Assembly: GCF_008011855.1 (NCBI RefSeq)
Contig: NZ_VOUX01000024.1
Location: 46,160 to 70,159, forward strand
DNA: 24,000 nucleotides
Origin: Serratia bockelmannii
GTDB taxonomy: Bacteria; Pseudomonadota; Gammaproteobacteria; Enterobacterales; Enterobacteriaceae
Reading direction: 5' to 3'
Position 1 is the first letter of the stretch. Every line of letters starts with the position of its first letter. The notes beneath the pieces are model-generated. The model was not told the DNA's origin and made no database searches. It saw only the letters and a list, made by a program, of their open reading frames with translations. The translations under genes were made by a program, and so were the position numbers. This document shows, piece by piece, positions 1 through 8,006 of this stretch.

Positions 1-323
1 CCTGCCTCAGCAAGCCAGGGGCGTTTACGTTCTTCATATTCACCATCCGATGGGAAAAAGGTAACAGAGCTATTGGAAAGCGCGTCAATACCTTTCCTAA
101 CATCAGTGCTTGCAGTCGCCTGGCTAACCTTAAACAGGCGCTGATAATCAGCGACCCTGACAGTGAACGTGCCTGGATGCTCGTCTTGTCTGTAAGTTTC
201 CATGAGGCACAACCACAGGACTCGCTTAGCCTGTAATGACAGATAATAGGCAGCTTCCGTTAGCTCGTTTGATTGAGCAATGGCAGGTCTGTTGGTTTTC
301 ACAATCCCTTTATTTTCAGTCAT
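1..323 (-). CDS. Replication initiator, Rep_3 family (first 107 codons; the gene runs off the left edge of the window)
   Basis: Absent from the ORF track because it is open at the window edge. Hand translation of the minus strand from the ATG at 323-321 gives MTENKGIVKTNRPAIAQSNELTEAAYYLSLQAKRVLWLCLMETYRQDEHPGTFTVRVADYQRLFKVSQ..., with no stop down to position 1. The segment QSNELTEAAYYLSLQAKRVLWLCL matches the N-terminal motif of iteron-plasmid Rep_3 initiators (compare pSC101 RepA KANELAISRYDLTEHETKLILCCV, from memory). Iterons lie directly upstream. Confidence 0.75.
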   Translation of the reverse strand, partial: MTENKGIVKTNRPAIAQSNELTEAAYYLSLQAKRVLWLCLMETYRQDEHPGTFTVRVADYQRLFKVSQATASTDVRKGIDALSNSSVTFFPSDGEYEERKRPWLAEA

Positions 324-338
324 ATGTTGTTCTATGGG

Positions 339-527
339 TGGTTTGGATTTACCCCATAGTTACATTCGTTTTATAGCATGGTCAAGGCAAACTTTTGGTG
401 ATTCCCATACCTGAATTAACTTTAGCTATCCCCCATAGAAACTTTAGCTGTTTCCCATTCCAACTTAAGCTTTTACCCACAATAACTTTGGCTGTTTCCC
501 ATACCTGCTTTATCCGTTTCCCATATT
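339..527. repeat. Iteron array of 22-bp direct repeats, consensus about AACTTTRGCTGTTTCCCATACC
   Basis: Five head-to-tail copies sit in exact 22-bp register at 418-439, 440-461, 462-483, 484-505 and 506-527. One more copy is at 390-411 and a degenerate one at 339-360. The core TTTCCCATA is conserved. The degenerate copy forms an inverted repeat with CTATGGGT (332-339) just upstream of the rep ATG, which could be an autoregulatory operator. Confidence 0.85.
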
Positions 528-570
528 GACAGCCCTGAGAGGCAGGCGTGACAAGGCTTTAGAGCATGTC

Positions 571-631
571 TAAAAAGCATTTAAAATCTTTAAAAATCAA
601 AAAAATCTTTAAAAAACATTACTGTGGATAT
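571..631. other. Putative oriV core: AT-rich unwinding tract plus a DnaA box
   Basis: Positions 571-620 are almost pure A/T, with AAAATCTTTAAAAA occurring twice. TGTGGATAT at 623-631 matches the DnaA box TGTGGATAA (reverse of TTATCCACA) at 8 of 9 positions. The tract lies between the direct iterons and an inverted iteron. Confidence 0.55.
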
Positions 632-644
632 GTTGATATCTAAA

Positions 645-666
645 CTATGGGAAATACCAAAAGTTT
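645..666. repeat. Inverted-orientation iteron copy
   Basis: The reverse complement of 645-666 is AAACTTTTGGTATTTCCCATAG, nearly identical to the iteron at 390-411. Confidence 0.75.
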
Positions 667-891
667 CCTTCATGGAACTGCAGTAGCACCCACCGGGTAA
701 CCGGTGGGCCCCAAATCACTGCCTCAACAGCTCAGATCCTGCCTCAGAAACCCATGGTAGCTCTTTGTCTGTAAGCCAAGTGTCGCAACGGCTCGTTGCG
801 ATCTAGGCTCCTGTGGTGCGTCCAGCTTCGAAAAAAGACTGGTCTTAGCAGGATCGGGGGGGGGAGGATCCTTTAAGATCCTCTATGGTTG

Positions 892-2865
892 CTATTTGAT
901 GAAAGGATTTCCTTTCGATTGGAGATACATCTGACCAAAAACATGTGATGCATAATCGTTGAGATGGCCAACATCCCTATACACGCTCACTCCATTAACT
1001 TCTGTAGCACATCCAGTCTCTGAACATTGAACGTCTTTTATGTCAATAATCACTAGAGATGGATGTGATTTTTTTAATTCTTCAAATTTTTCATCAAACC
1101 ATGAAGGAGAAGGCTTAGTATTGCGAAGTGAGTTGCATTCACCATTTTCAAAATCATTTCTTCCTATCAGTTTCCTTTTCAAACAAAACTCATAGCCGTC
1201 TGGTCTATTAAATATTTCTTTCATTATCACCGGAGTGGAGCCTGCTTTTTCGATGATTGTAAGCGCTTCATTAATAGCAGAGCTTAATCTCTCTTTTGAA
1301 AGTTCTAAGGTACGGGTATCTCCTTGATTATTTATAATCTTATCGCTGACATACATTGGCCATAGCTCACCAATAATAACATAGTCATATTTATTATTTT
1401 CTATTTGTTCATAATATTGCTTAGTGTTTTCATGACAAGTTTCATAAACTGTATTAGAAAAGTGCCACCAATCAAACTGATAGAGACCTGGCAACGTTAA
1501 ACAACTTGCTGTGCTTTTTGCAGTAATTGCTAAATTAGCATCTTTTGCTAAAGTCTCTAAGAACATCCAGTAGTGATTAGAGTTTGAATCTCCAATGAAG
1601 AATGCAGTCTTTTTTGGGGATTCAACTCCGAACGTACAGTGTTCGTTTGAATATTTTCCTTCGATTTCATCTGTAAGACAATCTGAACGATGTCCCGACA
1701 TTTTTTTGTACTTTAATTCAAGGTTTGTTGCTGTGTTAAATGAACTTCCAAATCGCCATGGGAAGTAATTTTGATTTTTTGCAACAGAATATAGAACAAT
1801 GCTTAATAATAATGGCGTTACAATTAATAAAAGTATTGATGCTTTTAGGTTTTTATTGCATTTCCGCAGGGGCATCTCTATATAACTATAAGAAACACAC
1901 GCAAGGAGTAATGATGATGTAAGTAATGAAATAAGCAGAAGTGAGTCGTTAAACACATCCATATAATGCAACAATGCCAGGCAAGGCCAGTGCCATAGGT
2001 AAAGAGAATATGAGCGTTTACCAATGGCTACGAGAGAATTTGATGCAAGCAACCTCGATGCATAGGATCTGGATGATTCACCAGAGAGGATTATAGCGCC
2101 AGTTGCTAATGCAACCACAAGGGTATACCCATTTGGGTAGCCAGATATTAATTCTGGAGACATTGAAAGAGTAATAATTAGAGATAGTGATACGATACCA
2201 ACAATATTGGATAGCTTATGTTCTATCCTAAATGAGGTAAATGCGATGCAACTGCCAATTTGCAATTCGAAGCAACGCGAGAAAAAATCATAGTATCTCA
2301 CTTTACTAGTTGTATAGGATAGGTATAAAGAAACAATAAGAAAAACGGCTGTAATCACATAGTTTGCTAAAGCGACTTTGTCTTTTTGATAAGACTTTAG
2401 TGTAAAATACAGAATTACAGGGAATGTCAAATACCATTGCCACTCAATAGAGAGAGACCATGTATGAAGCAACAATAAGTAGCTGGAGTCTTCTGAAGCA
2501 TAACTAGTTGTTACACCAGAAAAATACTGGTTTGATGTGAAGTACAGAACATTTTTTACGCTGTGCAGGAACGTGTTGTAATCGGCTGGAAGGTAAAAAA
2601 TGCTACCGATAATTATAGAAATGAAAACGATGAGTAGCAGCGATGGTTGTAGTCGCCAAATTCTACGAGTATAAAAATCACTTAAATTAAATTTTTGGTC
2701 ATTAGTTCCGTCTAAAATTATTTTGGATATCAAATATCCCGATATGACGAAAAATACATCAACACCGATGAATCCTGCAGGGAATTGGCTTAGTCCCGCA
2801 TGAAAAAAAATGACTAAAGCGACAGCTATAGCTCGTAAGCCGTCAATATCACTACGGTACTTCAT
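892..2865 (-). CDS. Membrane acyltransferase-3 fused to a C-terminal SGNH domain (OafA/YrhL-type O-acetyltransferase of surface glycans)
   Basis: The track ORF is 892..2877 and starts at TTG. The ATG at 2865 is preceded by GAGG with a 6-nt spacer, giving MKYRSDIDGLRAIAVALVIFFHAG, the canonical acyltransferase_3 N-terminus. About 10 hydrophobic helices follow. The C-terminal soluble domain has a GDS motif (FFIGDSNSNHYW). The gene is visibly AT-rich compared with its neighbours. Confidence 0.8.
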   Translation of the reverse strand: MKYRSDIDGLRAIAVALVIFFHAGLSQFPAGFIGVDVFFVISGYLISKIILDGTNDQKFNLSDFYTRRIWRLQPSLLLIVFISIIIGSIFYLPADYNTFLHSVKNVLYFTSNQYFSGVTTSYASEDSSYLLLLHTWSLSIEWQWYLTFPVILYFTLKSYQKDKVALANYVITAVFLIVSLYLSYTTSKVRYYDFFSRCFELQIGSCIAFTSFRIEHKLSNIVGIVSLSLIITLSMSPELISGYPNGYTLVVALATGAIILSGESSRSYASRLLASNSLVAIGKRSYSLYLWHWPCLALLHYMDVFNDSLLLISLLTSSLLLACVSYSYIEMPLRKCNKNLKASILLLIVTPLLLSIVLYSVAKNQNYFPWRFGSSFNTATNLELKYKKMSGHRSDCLTDEIEGKYSNEHCTFGVESPKKTAFFIGDSNSNHYWMFLETLAKDANLAITAKSTASCLTLPGLYQFDWWHFSNTVYETCHENTKQYYEQIENNKYDYVIIGELWPMYVSDKIINNQGDTRTLELSKERLSSAINEALTIIEKAGSTPVIMKEIFNRPDGYEFCLKRKLIGRNDFENGECNSLRNTKPSPSWFDEKFEELKKSHPSLVIIDIKDVQCSETGCATEVNGVSVYRDVGHLNDYASHVFGQMYLQSKGNPFIK

Positions 2866-2941
2866 TTTTAACCTCAAAGTTGTTTTTTTCGTTTATATTA
2901 TAATTTAATTCCGAGGTCAGATAAATATACAAGTTTACATT

Positions 2942-4204
2942 TTAAATTATTTTGGCAATCGGTATATCGCTTAATCGTGTGGTGTAGGAGGGAGAGAGTA
3001 ATTCGCGGCGCATCTTCCAGGTTTTACTTATCCCTTGGCCGGCAAACCAGACTTTCCCCAGCCCGGAGTGATTTATGCCATCGACGGCTTTCATCAATTG
3101 TTCGCTACCGGCGCGCGGTGGATGTTCGTCGAAGAGATCGATCTGGCCGGGTTTGTCACAGAAATCGTTAAGCATGATGCCCGCTTTTTGATAGCGAAAA
3201 CCGTCACGCCAGATCGCATCGAGGGCTTTCACAGCCGCCGCAACAATGTCGCGGGTGTCTTGCGTGGCCAACATGAGCTGGACGCTGTGGCTGTTGGCAT
3301 AATAAGGCTCATGAGGTGCAAATGGGCTGGTTCGTGCAAACACTGAAATGTGCCGGCAGTATTGCCTCTCTCGGCGGAGTTTCTCGGCGGCCCGCTCGGC
3401 GTATTGGCACACCGCCTGGCGCATGTCCTGCAGCTGCGTGACGCGCTGGCCAAATGACCGGCTGACGATGATCTGCTGCTTTGCCGGCAGCGCATCGATC
3501 GAGATACACGGCACACCGTTTAGTTCACGCACGGTGCGCTCGAGCACAACCCCGAACGTCCTGCGTATCAACGCCTGGTTGCTGTCGGCAAGCTGCAGTG
3601 CAGTCGTGATCCCCATCGCAGCCAGCTTTTTGGTCAACTGGCGCCCACATCCCCACACTTCGCTGACCGGCACCAGCGCCATCAACCGTCGTTGCCGATC
3701 GCGGTTTGTCAGATCAACCACACCGCCGGTAGCCGGCCAGGTTTTTGCGGCGTGATTAGCCAGCTTTGCAAGGGTCATCGACTGCGCAATTCCAATGCCA
3801 CAGCTGAGGCCTGTCTGCTGTAGAACGGTATTACGCACACGGTGGCCGTAGTCTTCGAATGACTCTGTGGCATCGATGCCGGCAACGTGAAGAAATGCCT
3901 CGTCGATGCTATAGATCGTCATCGCCGGCGCGAGGGATTCTAAAATCGTCATGCAGCGTGCCGACATGTCGCCGTACAAGGCATAATTGCTTGAAAAGAC
4001 AGTTACGTTTTGATTTTTAATGATTTCTCTGGCCTGAAAAAACGGCATGCCACGTTTCAGGCCGAGCTTTTTTCCCTCGCGGTTGATTGCCACCAGGGCG
4101 CCGTCGTTGTTCGAAAGAACAGCCACTGGACGCCCTTTAAGATCCGGACGGAAAACCTGTTCGCAGGCGCAGTACATCGAATTGACGTCAGCCAAGAGAA
4201 ACAT
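2942..4204 (-). CDS. umuC: DNA polymerase V catalytic subunit UmuC (Y-family)
   Basis: From the internal ATG at 4204 (SD GAGGTGA) the product starts MFLLADVNSMYCACEQVFRPDLKGRPVAVLSNNDGALVA and is colinear with E. coli UmuC through to ...LSPSYTTRLSDIPIAK. The longer track ORF (to 4306) overlaps umuD and is not the real start. Confidence 0.92.
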   Translation of the reverse strand: MFLLADVNSMYCACEQVFRPDLKGRPVAVLSNNDGALVAINREGKKLGLKRGMPFFQAREIIKNQNVTVFSSNYALYGDMSARCMTILESLAPAMTIYSIDEAFLHVAGIDATESFEDYGHRVRNTVLQQTGLSCGIGIAQSMTLAKLANHAAKTWPATGGVVDLTNRDRQRRLMALVPVSEVWGCGRQLTKKLAAMGITTALQLADSNQALIRRTFGVVLERTVRELNGVPCISIDALPAKQQIIVSRSFGQRVTQLQDMRQAVCQYAERAAEKLRRERQYCRHISVFARTSPFAPHEPYYANSHSVQLMLATQDTRDIVAAAVKALDAIWRDGFRYQKAGIMLNDFCDKPGQIDLFDEHPPRAGSEQLMKAVDGINHSGLGKVWFAGQGISKTWKMRRELLSPSYTTRLSDIPIAKII

Positions 4205-4206
4205 GG

Positions 4207-4623
4207 TCACCTCACGAACGAGTGCAGGGCATGGATCACTACCCCGAAAATTTCCAGCGTTTCGGGATAAATAGGACTGTAGGCGGGATTCATCGGCGCC
4301 AGGCAAACCTTGGGCGTAAGCAGCAGCCGCTTGACGGTAAACTCACCGTCGACCGCGGCGATCACGATGCTGCCATGCACGGGTTTTTCAGCCCGATCTA
4401 CGATCAGCAAATCTCCTGACAGTATGCCGCCATCGCTCATTGACTCACCCGTTGCGCGGATGAAATACGTGGCGGCCGGGTGTCTAATAAAATCATTTAA
4501 ATCAATGGATTGCTCTATGTAATCGTCGGCAGGGCTGGGGAAACCTGCCGGGCATGGTGTCCCGTATAGCGGGAGTTTGACCGGTTGACCTGGTGAAAAA
4601 AAGTACAATTCTCTGGCATTCAT
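4207..4623 (-). CDS. umuD: UmuD (self-cleaving S24 peptidase, Pol V accessory subunit)
   Basis: 138 aa. It has an Ala-Gly cleavage site in [11 protein letters not shown], the Ser nucleophile in GESMSDGG and the Lys in EFTVKRL. Its stop lies 2 nt before the umuC ATG. Confidence 0.92.
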   Translation of the reverse strand: MNARELYFFSPGQPVKLPLYGTPCPAGFPSPADDYIEQSIDLNDFIRHPAATYFIRATGESMSDGGILSGDLLIVDRAEKPVHGSIVIAAVDGEFTVKRLLLTPKVCLAPMNPAYSPIYPETLEIFGVVIHALHSFVR

Positions 4624-4639
4624 AATAGTAATAATTTAT

Positions 4640-4655
4640 CTGTATATATATACAG
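4640..4655. promoter_or_regulatory. LexA (SOS) box upstream of umuDC
   Basis: CTGTATATATATACAG is a perfect palindrome and an exact match to the enterobacterial consensus CTGT-N8-ACAG. It lies 17 nt upstream of the umuD ATG. Confidence 0.88.
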
Positions 4656-4820
4656 TAAATCATAAACGAAACGTGCGCACACGCAAGCCTGAAACCGGGT
4701 CTCGTAGCGCGATCCGACGTAATATAATAATTTTCTGAGTGATTTTTTTCTGCAGCTTTTGGCGTTCCTCATGTGTGCTTGCACACATGATATCCACCAA
4801 AACTGTGGATAACGCGCAGT

Positions 4821-5507
4821 TCAGACCGTTGGTGTATCAATGGCCAGGATGAGTGAGGGATTGTCATTGCGAACGGCGCCCACAGCCGGCGAGACCGGTT
4901 GCCAGCTGAAATCCTCCGCTTGCAGGCTGTACACGTCAGCATGCATATGGCCAGAGGGCGGAACTAAGCTGGTATCGAGCCAGTCGCGCGCGGCAGCGGG
5001 TGGCAGCACCAGAGGACGTCGATCATGAATATCCGCCAGGCCGGCATGACTGGCGGCCGTGATAATGATAAAGCTGCCGCTGCCGTCGCTGGCTGCTACG
5101 TACAGCGCCGCAAAGAACAACGGCTGGCAAACGGCGCCACGGATAAAATAGGGCTGCTTCAGCCGTGGATTCTCCGTCGACTTTTTCCATTCGTACCAGC
5201 CCGATGCCGGCACCAGCGCGCGGCCATGCTTCCAGAGCGGGGCGAACATCCGGCTGTGCTCCGCGGTTTCAACGCGGGCATTGATGAGCGGTGGTTTTCC
5301 CTGTTCACGCCACCATTCCGGTGCATAGCCCCAGTTGACCAGCGTCAGCTGCAGCTGGTCATCGTGGTGATGAAACACCGACACTGGCGTGCCGGGGGCG
5401 ACGTTATACCGTGCATGCCAGTCGCCGGCGGTGCTAACCGGCGTATCAAGCGCCAGGGCGGTGAGAAATTCGTCTCGGCAATGGAATTGTGCAAAACGGC
5501 CGCACAT
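4821..5507 (-). CDS. SOS-response-associated peptidase (SRAP/YedK/HMCES family, abasic-site DNA-protein crosslink sensor)
   Basis: It starts MCGRFAQ, with the invariant Cys2. YNVAPG, INARVETA and WYEWKK are also typical SRAP motifs. SD AGGAGG lies 4 nt upstream of the ATG. Confidence 0.85.
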   Translation of the reverse strand: MCGRFAQFHCRDEFLTALALDTPVSTAGDWHARYNVAPGTPVSVFHHHDDQLQLTLVNWGYAPEWWREQGKPPLINARVETAEHSRMFAPLWKHGRALVPASGWYEWKKSTENPRLKQPYFIRGAVCQPLFFAALYVAASDGSGSFIIITAASHAGLADIHDRRPLVLPPAAARDWLDTSLVPPSGHMHADVYSLQAEDFSWQPVSPAVGAVRNDNPSLILAIDTPTV

Positions 5508-5635
5508 TGCGCCTCCTGACTTAAATAAACTAAGTGTAGAAAATTATTATAAACCTTGCACAATATATATAAATTCAACTCGATTATTATGATAGTATTA
5601 TAAATACTGTATTTTATGGGTTTGGTTTTTATTCC

Positions 5636-5809
5636 ATGATTAGAAATTTATTTTTCATCTCTATTTTCTTTGTCTTTGTGGCGTTCCTTGCGTCCATTGG
5701 TGGCTATTGGATGGTTTCGGGACTGGCTTTTATTAATTTATTTATTTGCTTGATTTTTATATTTATATTCTATGTGGTAAGGTTTTATAGATATAGAGGG
5801 GTGAGATGA
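5636..5809 (+). CDS. Possible 57-aa two-helix membrane peptide (below the ORF-track size cutoff)
   Basis: Hand translation gives MIRNLFFISIFFVFVAFLASIGGYWMVSGLAFINLFICLIFIFIFYVVRFYRYRGVR*. That is two hydrophobic stretches and a basic tail. Its stop (5807-5809) lies 7 nt before the ATG of the next gene, so coupling is possible. There is no clear SD, and AT-rich sequence produces such ORFs by chance. Confidence 0.3.
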   Translation: MIRNLFFISIFFVFVAFLASIGGYWMVSGLAFINLFICLIFIFIFYVVRFYRYRGVR

Positions 5810-5816
5810 AGAAACT

Positions 5817-6812
5817 ATGAGTGATGATCCGGGAAGAAGTAAATTTGTCGATCTGCCGGCAGATGCCAGACCTTCTTTCTGGCGCAGCATAGCTGGCAGG
5901 GTATACGAAGGGATTATGCATTCTCTGGGACGGCCTGCCCGCCTGGAGAATGCGATTGCTTCCGGGCAGCTTATTCCCTGTCCGCTCATCGCCCCTGTCG
6001 ACACGTTCTGGACACGGTCTGTGGTTTACTGGCAGGACTGGATGTCTTCACCTTTGCCATCATTCCATTCTAGCCCTTGGACGATCGACTACCGCAAACT
6101 GGGCTACCAGCGCGAACTCGAAAGTCATTCACTTGCTGTTCCCGAGCTTCAGCAGCTGATTAGCAAAGAAGATGTCCCTCATTTTACATGCGACATCACG
6201 GATATCCGGGGAATGTCGGCATCGAAATCTATGGAGCATGATATCCGGGACATTGATGAATTTCCCATCCTAAGATGCCGTGAACTGGCTGAACCCGTGA
6301 CTAAAGAGTACTTGTGGAAAAATATGAGTCACAGGGAATTACGGCTCGACCGGATGCGATTTGCTGAATATCTGTGGGCAGAGCGGAGGCTCTACTGGCT
6401 GAACGAAGGTGGCTCACACCATTTTGGCGCTGCACGCTATCAGGCATGCCGCCTGGGCATTGCGGTTCCACTTACCGGCAGACTCTGTCGCTACAGTGTT
6501 AACGCGAGGATGGCCTCCGCTTTACGTCAGCAATGGCACCTGTTTGCTATTCCGGCAGACGAACTCTTCTGCAGCTTTTTAGATGCCATGAATGCTTTTG
6601 AATGCCCATTTGGTAATTCAGATTTGCCGCGTCACATGCATGATGCGGACAAATCAGGTATAGCTCTCAAACTCGTCTGGCTTGATCGTAGCCACCCCAG
6701 AGCCAATGCTGTTGCTGATGTACTTTCCGCCGCGGGTTTCCCTGATTTCGGTAAACAGTTGAAGCTGCTGGCGACCCAGACGGCTGAAACAATATCCCGA
6801 GAAGTAAATTAA
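5817..6812 (+). CDS. Hypothetical 331-aa protein, family not recognised
   Basis: This is a long ORF with ordinary amino-acid composition, and the competing ORFs on the opposite strand are short. I recognise no catalytic motif. The most conserved-looking patch is WLNEGGSHHFGAARYQACRLG. Confidence 0.6.
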   Translation: MSDDPGRSKFVDLPADARPSFWRSIAGRVYEGIMHSLGRPARLENAIASGQLIPCPLIAPVDTFWTRSVVYWQDWMSSPLPSFHSSPWTIDYRKLGYQRELESHSLAVPELQQLISKEDVPHFTCDITDIRGMSASKSMEHDIRDIDEFPILRCRELAEPVTKEYLWKNMSHRELRLDRMRFAEYLWAERRLYWLNEGGSHHFGAARYQACRLGIAVPLTGRLCRYSVNARMASALRQQWHLFAIPADELFCSFLDAMNAFECPFGNSDLPRHMHDADKSGIALKLVWLDRSHPRANAVADVLSAAGFPDFGKQLKLLATQTAETISREVN

Positions 6813-6909
6813 ACCTGTTCCTGGTCTTACCTCCCTGTTCATCCTTTGAACATTGATAACTTTTCTACCATTGGCTATGTTACGAACATATTTAGCCAAG
6901 GAAACGGGT

Positions 6910-7365
6910 ATGGATACTGTTGAAGAGTTAGGTGGCACCTATTTTTACGCTGGAATGGAGCGCCTTGGCGCTGGTGAGCTGTTCTTCTGGGTTTTTGTGG
7001 ATAAAACCATGCAGCAGCTGGGCGTCGGTGATGTGGGGGCTGTAGCGGCCATCGTCTCAGGCATGGCTATTTTACCGACCAGGCAGAAACCTGCCGGAGC
7101 CAAAAAGGGAACATCACTCGCCAGTGTGGCTTCACGAAAGGTCTTTGGGAACGCTAAATTCCCGTATGGAATTCAGCTACCAACATTTATCGGTAATCCC
7201 GTGGAAGGCATTAGGCGAAAGATGATCTCGAACATCGGCACCTTCGTTGGCCGGACAGTACCGGTCGTCGGCTGGCTCATTCTCGCCTATGATGTCTCAC
7301 GGATCGGCGTCGAAAGCGTTGTAGCCTATAACAAAATCGCCCGTGCTGAGGATCGCTTATGGTAA
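6910..7365 (+). CDS. Small membrane protein resembling the STM2901 family
   Basis: The track ORF starts at TTG 6853. The ATG at 6910 has SD AAGGA and gives MDTVEELGGTYFYAG..., which I recall as the N-terminus typical of STM2901-family proteins. Two hydrophobic segments are present (VGDVGAVAAIVSGMAILP and VPVVGWLILAYDV). Confidence 0.55.
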   Translation: MDTVEELGGTYFYAGMERLGAGELFFWVFVDKTMQQLGVGDVGAVAAIVSGMAILPTRQKPAGAKKGTSLASVASRKVFGNAKFPYGIQLPTFIGNPVEGIRRKMISNIGTFVGRTVPVVGWLILAYDVSRIGVESVVAYNKIARAEDRLW

Positions 7366-7694
7366 TCGAGACGCTTGAAGAGCAGGTAATCGCCCTCGTC
7401 AGAAAGCATTATGGTACGGTCATCACTGGCTGTTCACCCGAGATAACACCAGGTTCTGATATTGATGCTGACATTGGCATGGATTGGGCTGACGCAGAAG
7501 GGCTGATGGAGGATTTTTTTGAAAAGTTCTCAGTCGATAAGGCCAGCTTCAATATCAAAACCTATTACCCCGATCCGCCGATGGGGACATTACTCAAAAA
7601 TTTGTTTAGGCGTGAAAAGGAGCTCCCCGAAGTACCCCAATTTACCGTCAATATGCTTATCGAGTCCGCCAAGGCTGGGCGTTGGTTGTACTGA
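7359..7694 (+). CDS. DUF1493-like (acyl-carrier-protein-like) small protein
   Basis: 111 aa ending ...FTVNMLIESAKAGRWLY, the C-terminal signature I associate with DUF1493. Its ATG overlaps the upstream stop (ATGGTAA, 7-nt overlap), and SD GAGGA is present. Confidence 0.6.
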   Translation: MVIETLEEQVIALVRKHYGTVITGCSPEITPGSDIDADIGMDWADAEGLMEDFFEKFSVDKASFNIKTYYPDPPMGTLLKNLFRREKELPEVPQFTVNMLIESAKAGRWLY

Positions 7695-7943
7695 CGCCAG
7701 CTATGCAGTGTTCAGTCAGGGATATACCAGGCGTATCAATCGTCGGCATGTCGGACACTGAGCAGCAAGAAATTTATTATGCCGTATTTCATTTGTGGGC
7801 ATACGACCTGCTGGGCACCATCCAGTGGCGTGGCGTGGCCTACCACTCGCGTGTCGCAGCTGCAGGCAGGTGACCTCAACTGGTTAAATAATGCTCTTAA
7901 CGTACAAAATTTTCCGATCTCCAAACTGACCCCTATGTTGAAA

Positions 7944-7976
7944 AGGCCGCTGAGAAAAATTCTCCCGCAGCGGCCT
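7944..7976. terminator. Rho-independent terminator (reads well on the minus strand, after the 8007-8813 gene)
   Basis: The stem AGGCCGCTG / CAGCGGCCT (9 bp) has a 15-nt loop. It is flanked by AAAA on the left and CTTT on the right, so the minus-strand transcript ends hairpin + UUUU. Confidence 0.6.
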
Positions 7977-8006
7977 CTTTAGCATAACGTCATTATGCGA
8001 ACCATA

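Noticed and set aside
1740-1922. 60-aa plus-strand ORF inside the acyltransferase gene
   Set aside because: It is antisense to a well-supported membrane acyltransferase in AT-rich DNA and has no SD.
2977-4522. Many 60-135-aa ORFs nested in or antisense to umuC/umuD, and the N-terminal extension of the umuC track ORF to 4306
   Set aside because: umuC and umuD homology accounts for the whole region. The extension would overlap umuD by 100 nt and precedes the canonical MF..DVN start, which has its own SD.
4141-4712. Partial matches to the shared-element core (GATCCGGACGGAAAACC at 4141-4157, GATCCGACG at 4703-4711)
   Set aside because: They are interrupted or short. One lies inside umuC coding sequence. 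Neither has the CCCC-N5-CCGGAT continuation, so they are probably chance matches.
4840-5592. Plus-strand ORFs 4840..5028, 5025..5519 and 5389..5592, and minus-strand ORF 5345..5578
   Set aside because: They are antisense to or out of frame with the well-supported SRAP gene. They show no SD or recognisable motifs.
5594-5617. Possible LexA box upstream of the SRAP gene (TACTGTATTTTATGGG)
   Set aside because: Only the left half-site matches. The right half lacks the ACAG, so I do not call it an SOS box.
7682-7982. Short overlapping ORFs (7682..7873, 7736..7924, 7779..7982, 7519..7761) in the 250-bp gap after the DUF1493-like gene
   Set aside because: They have no SD, no recognisable motif and mutually exclusive frames. 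This could be a decayed gene remnant, but I cannot support a call.
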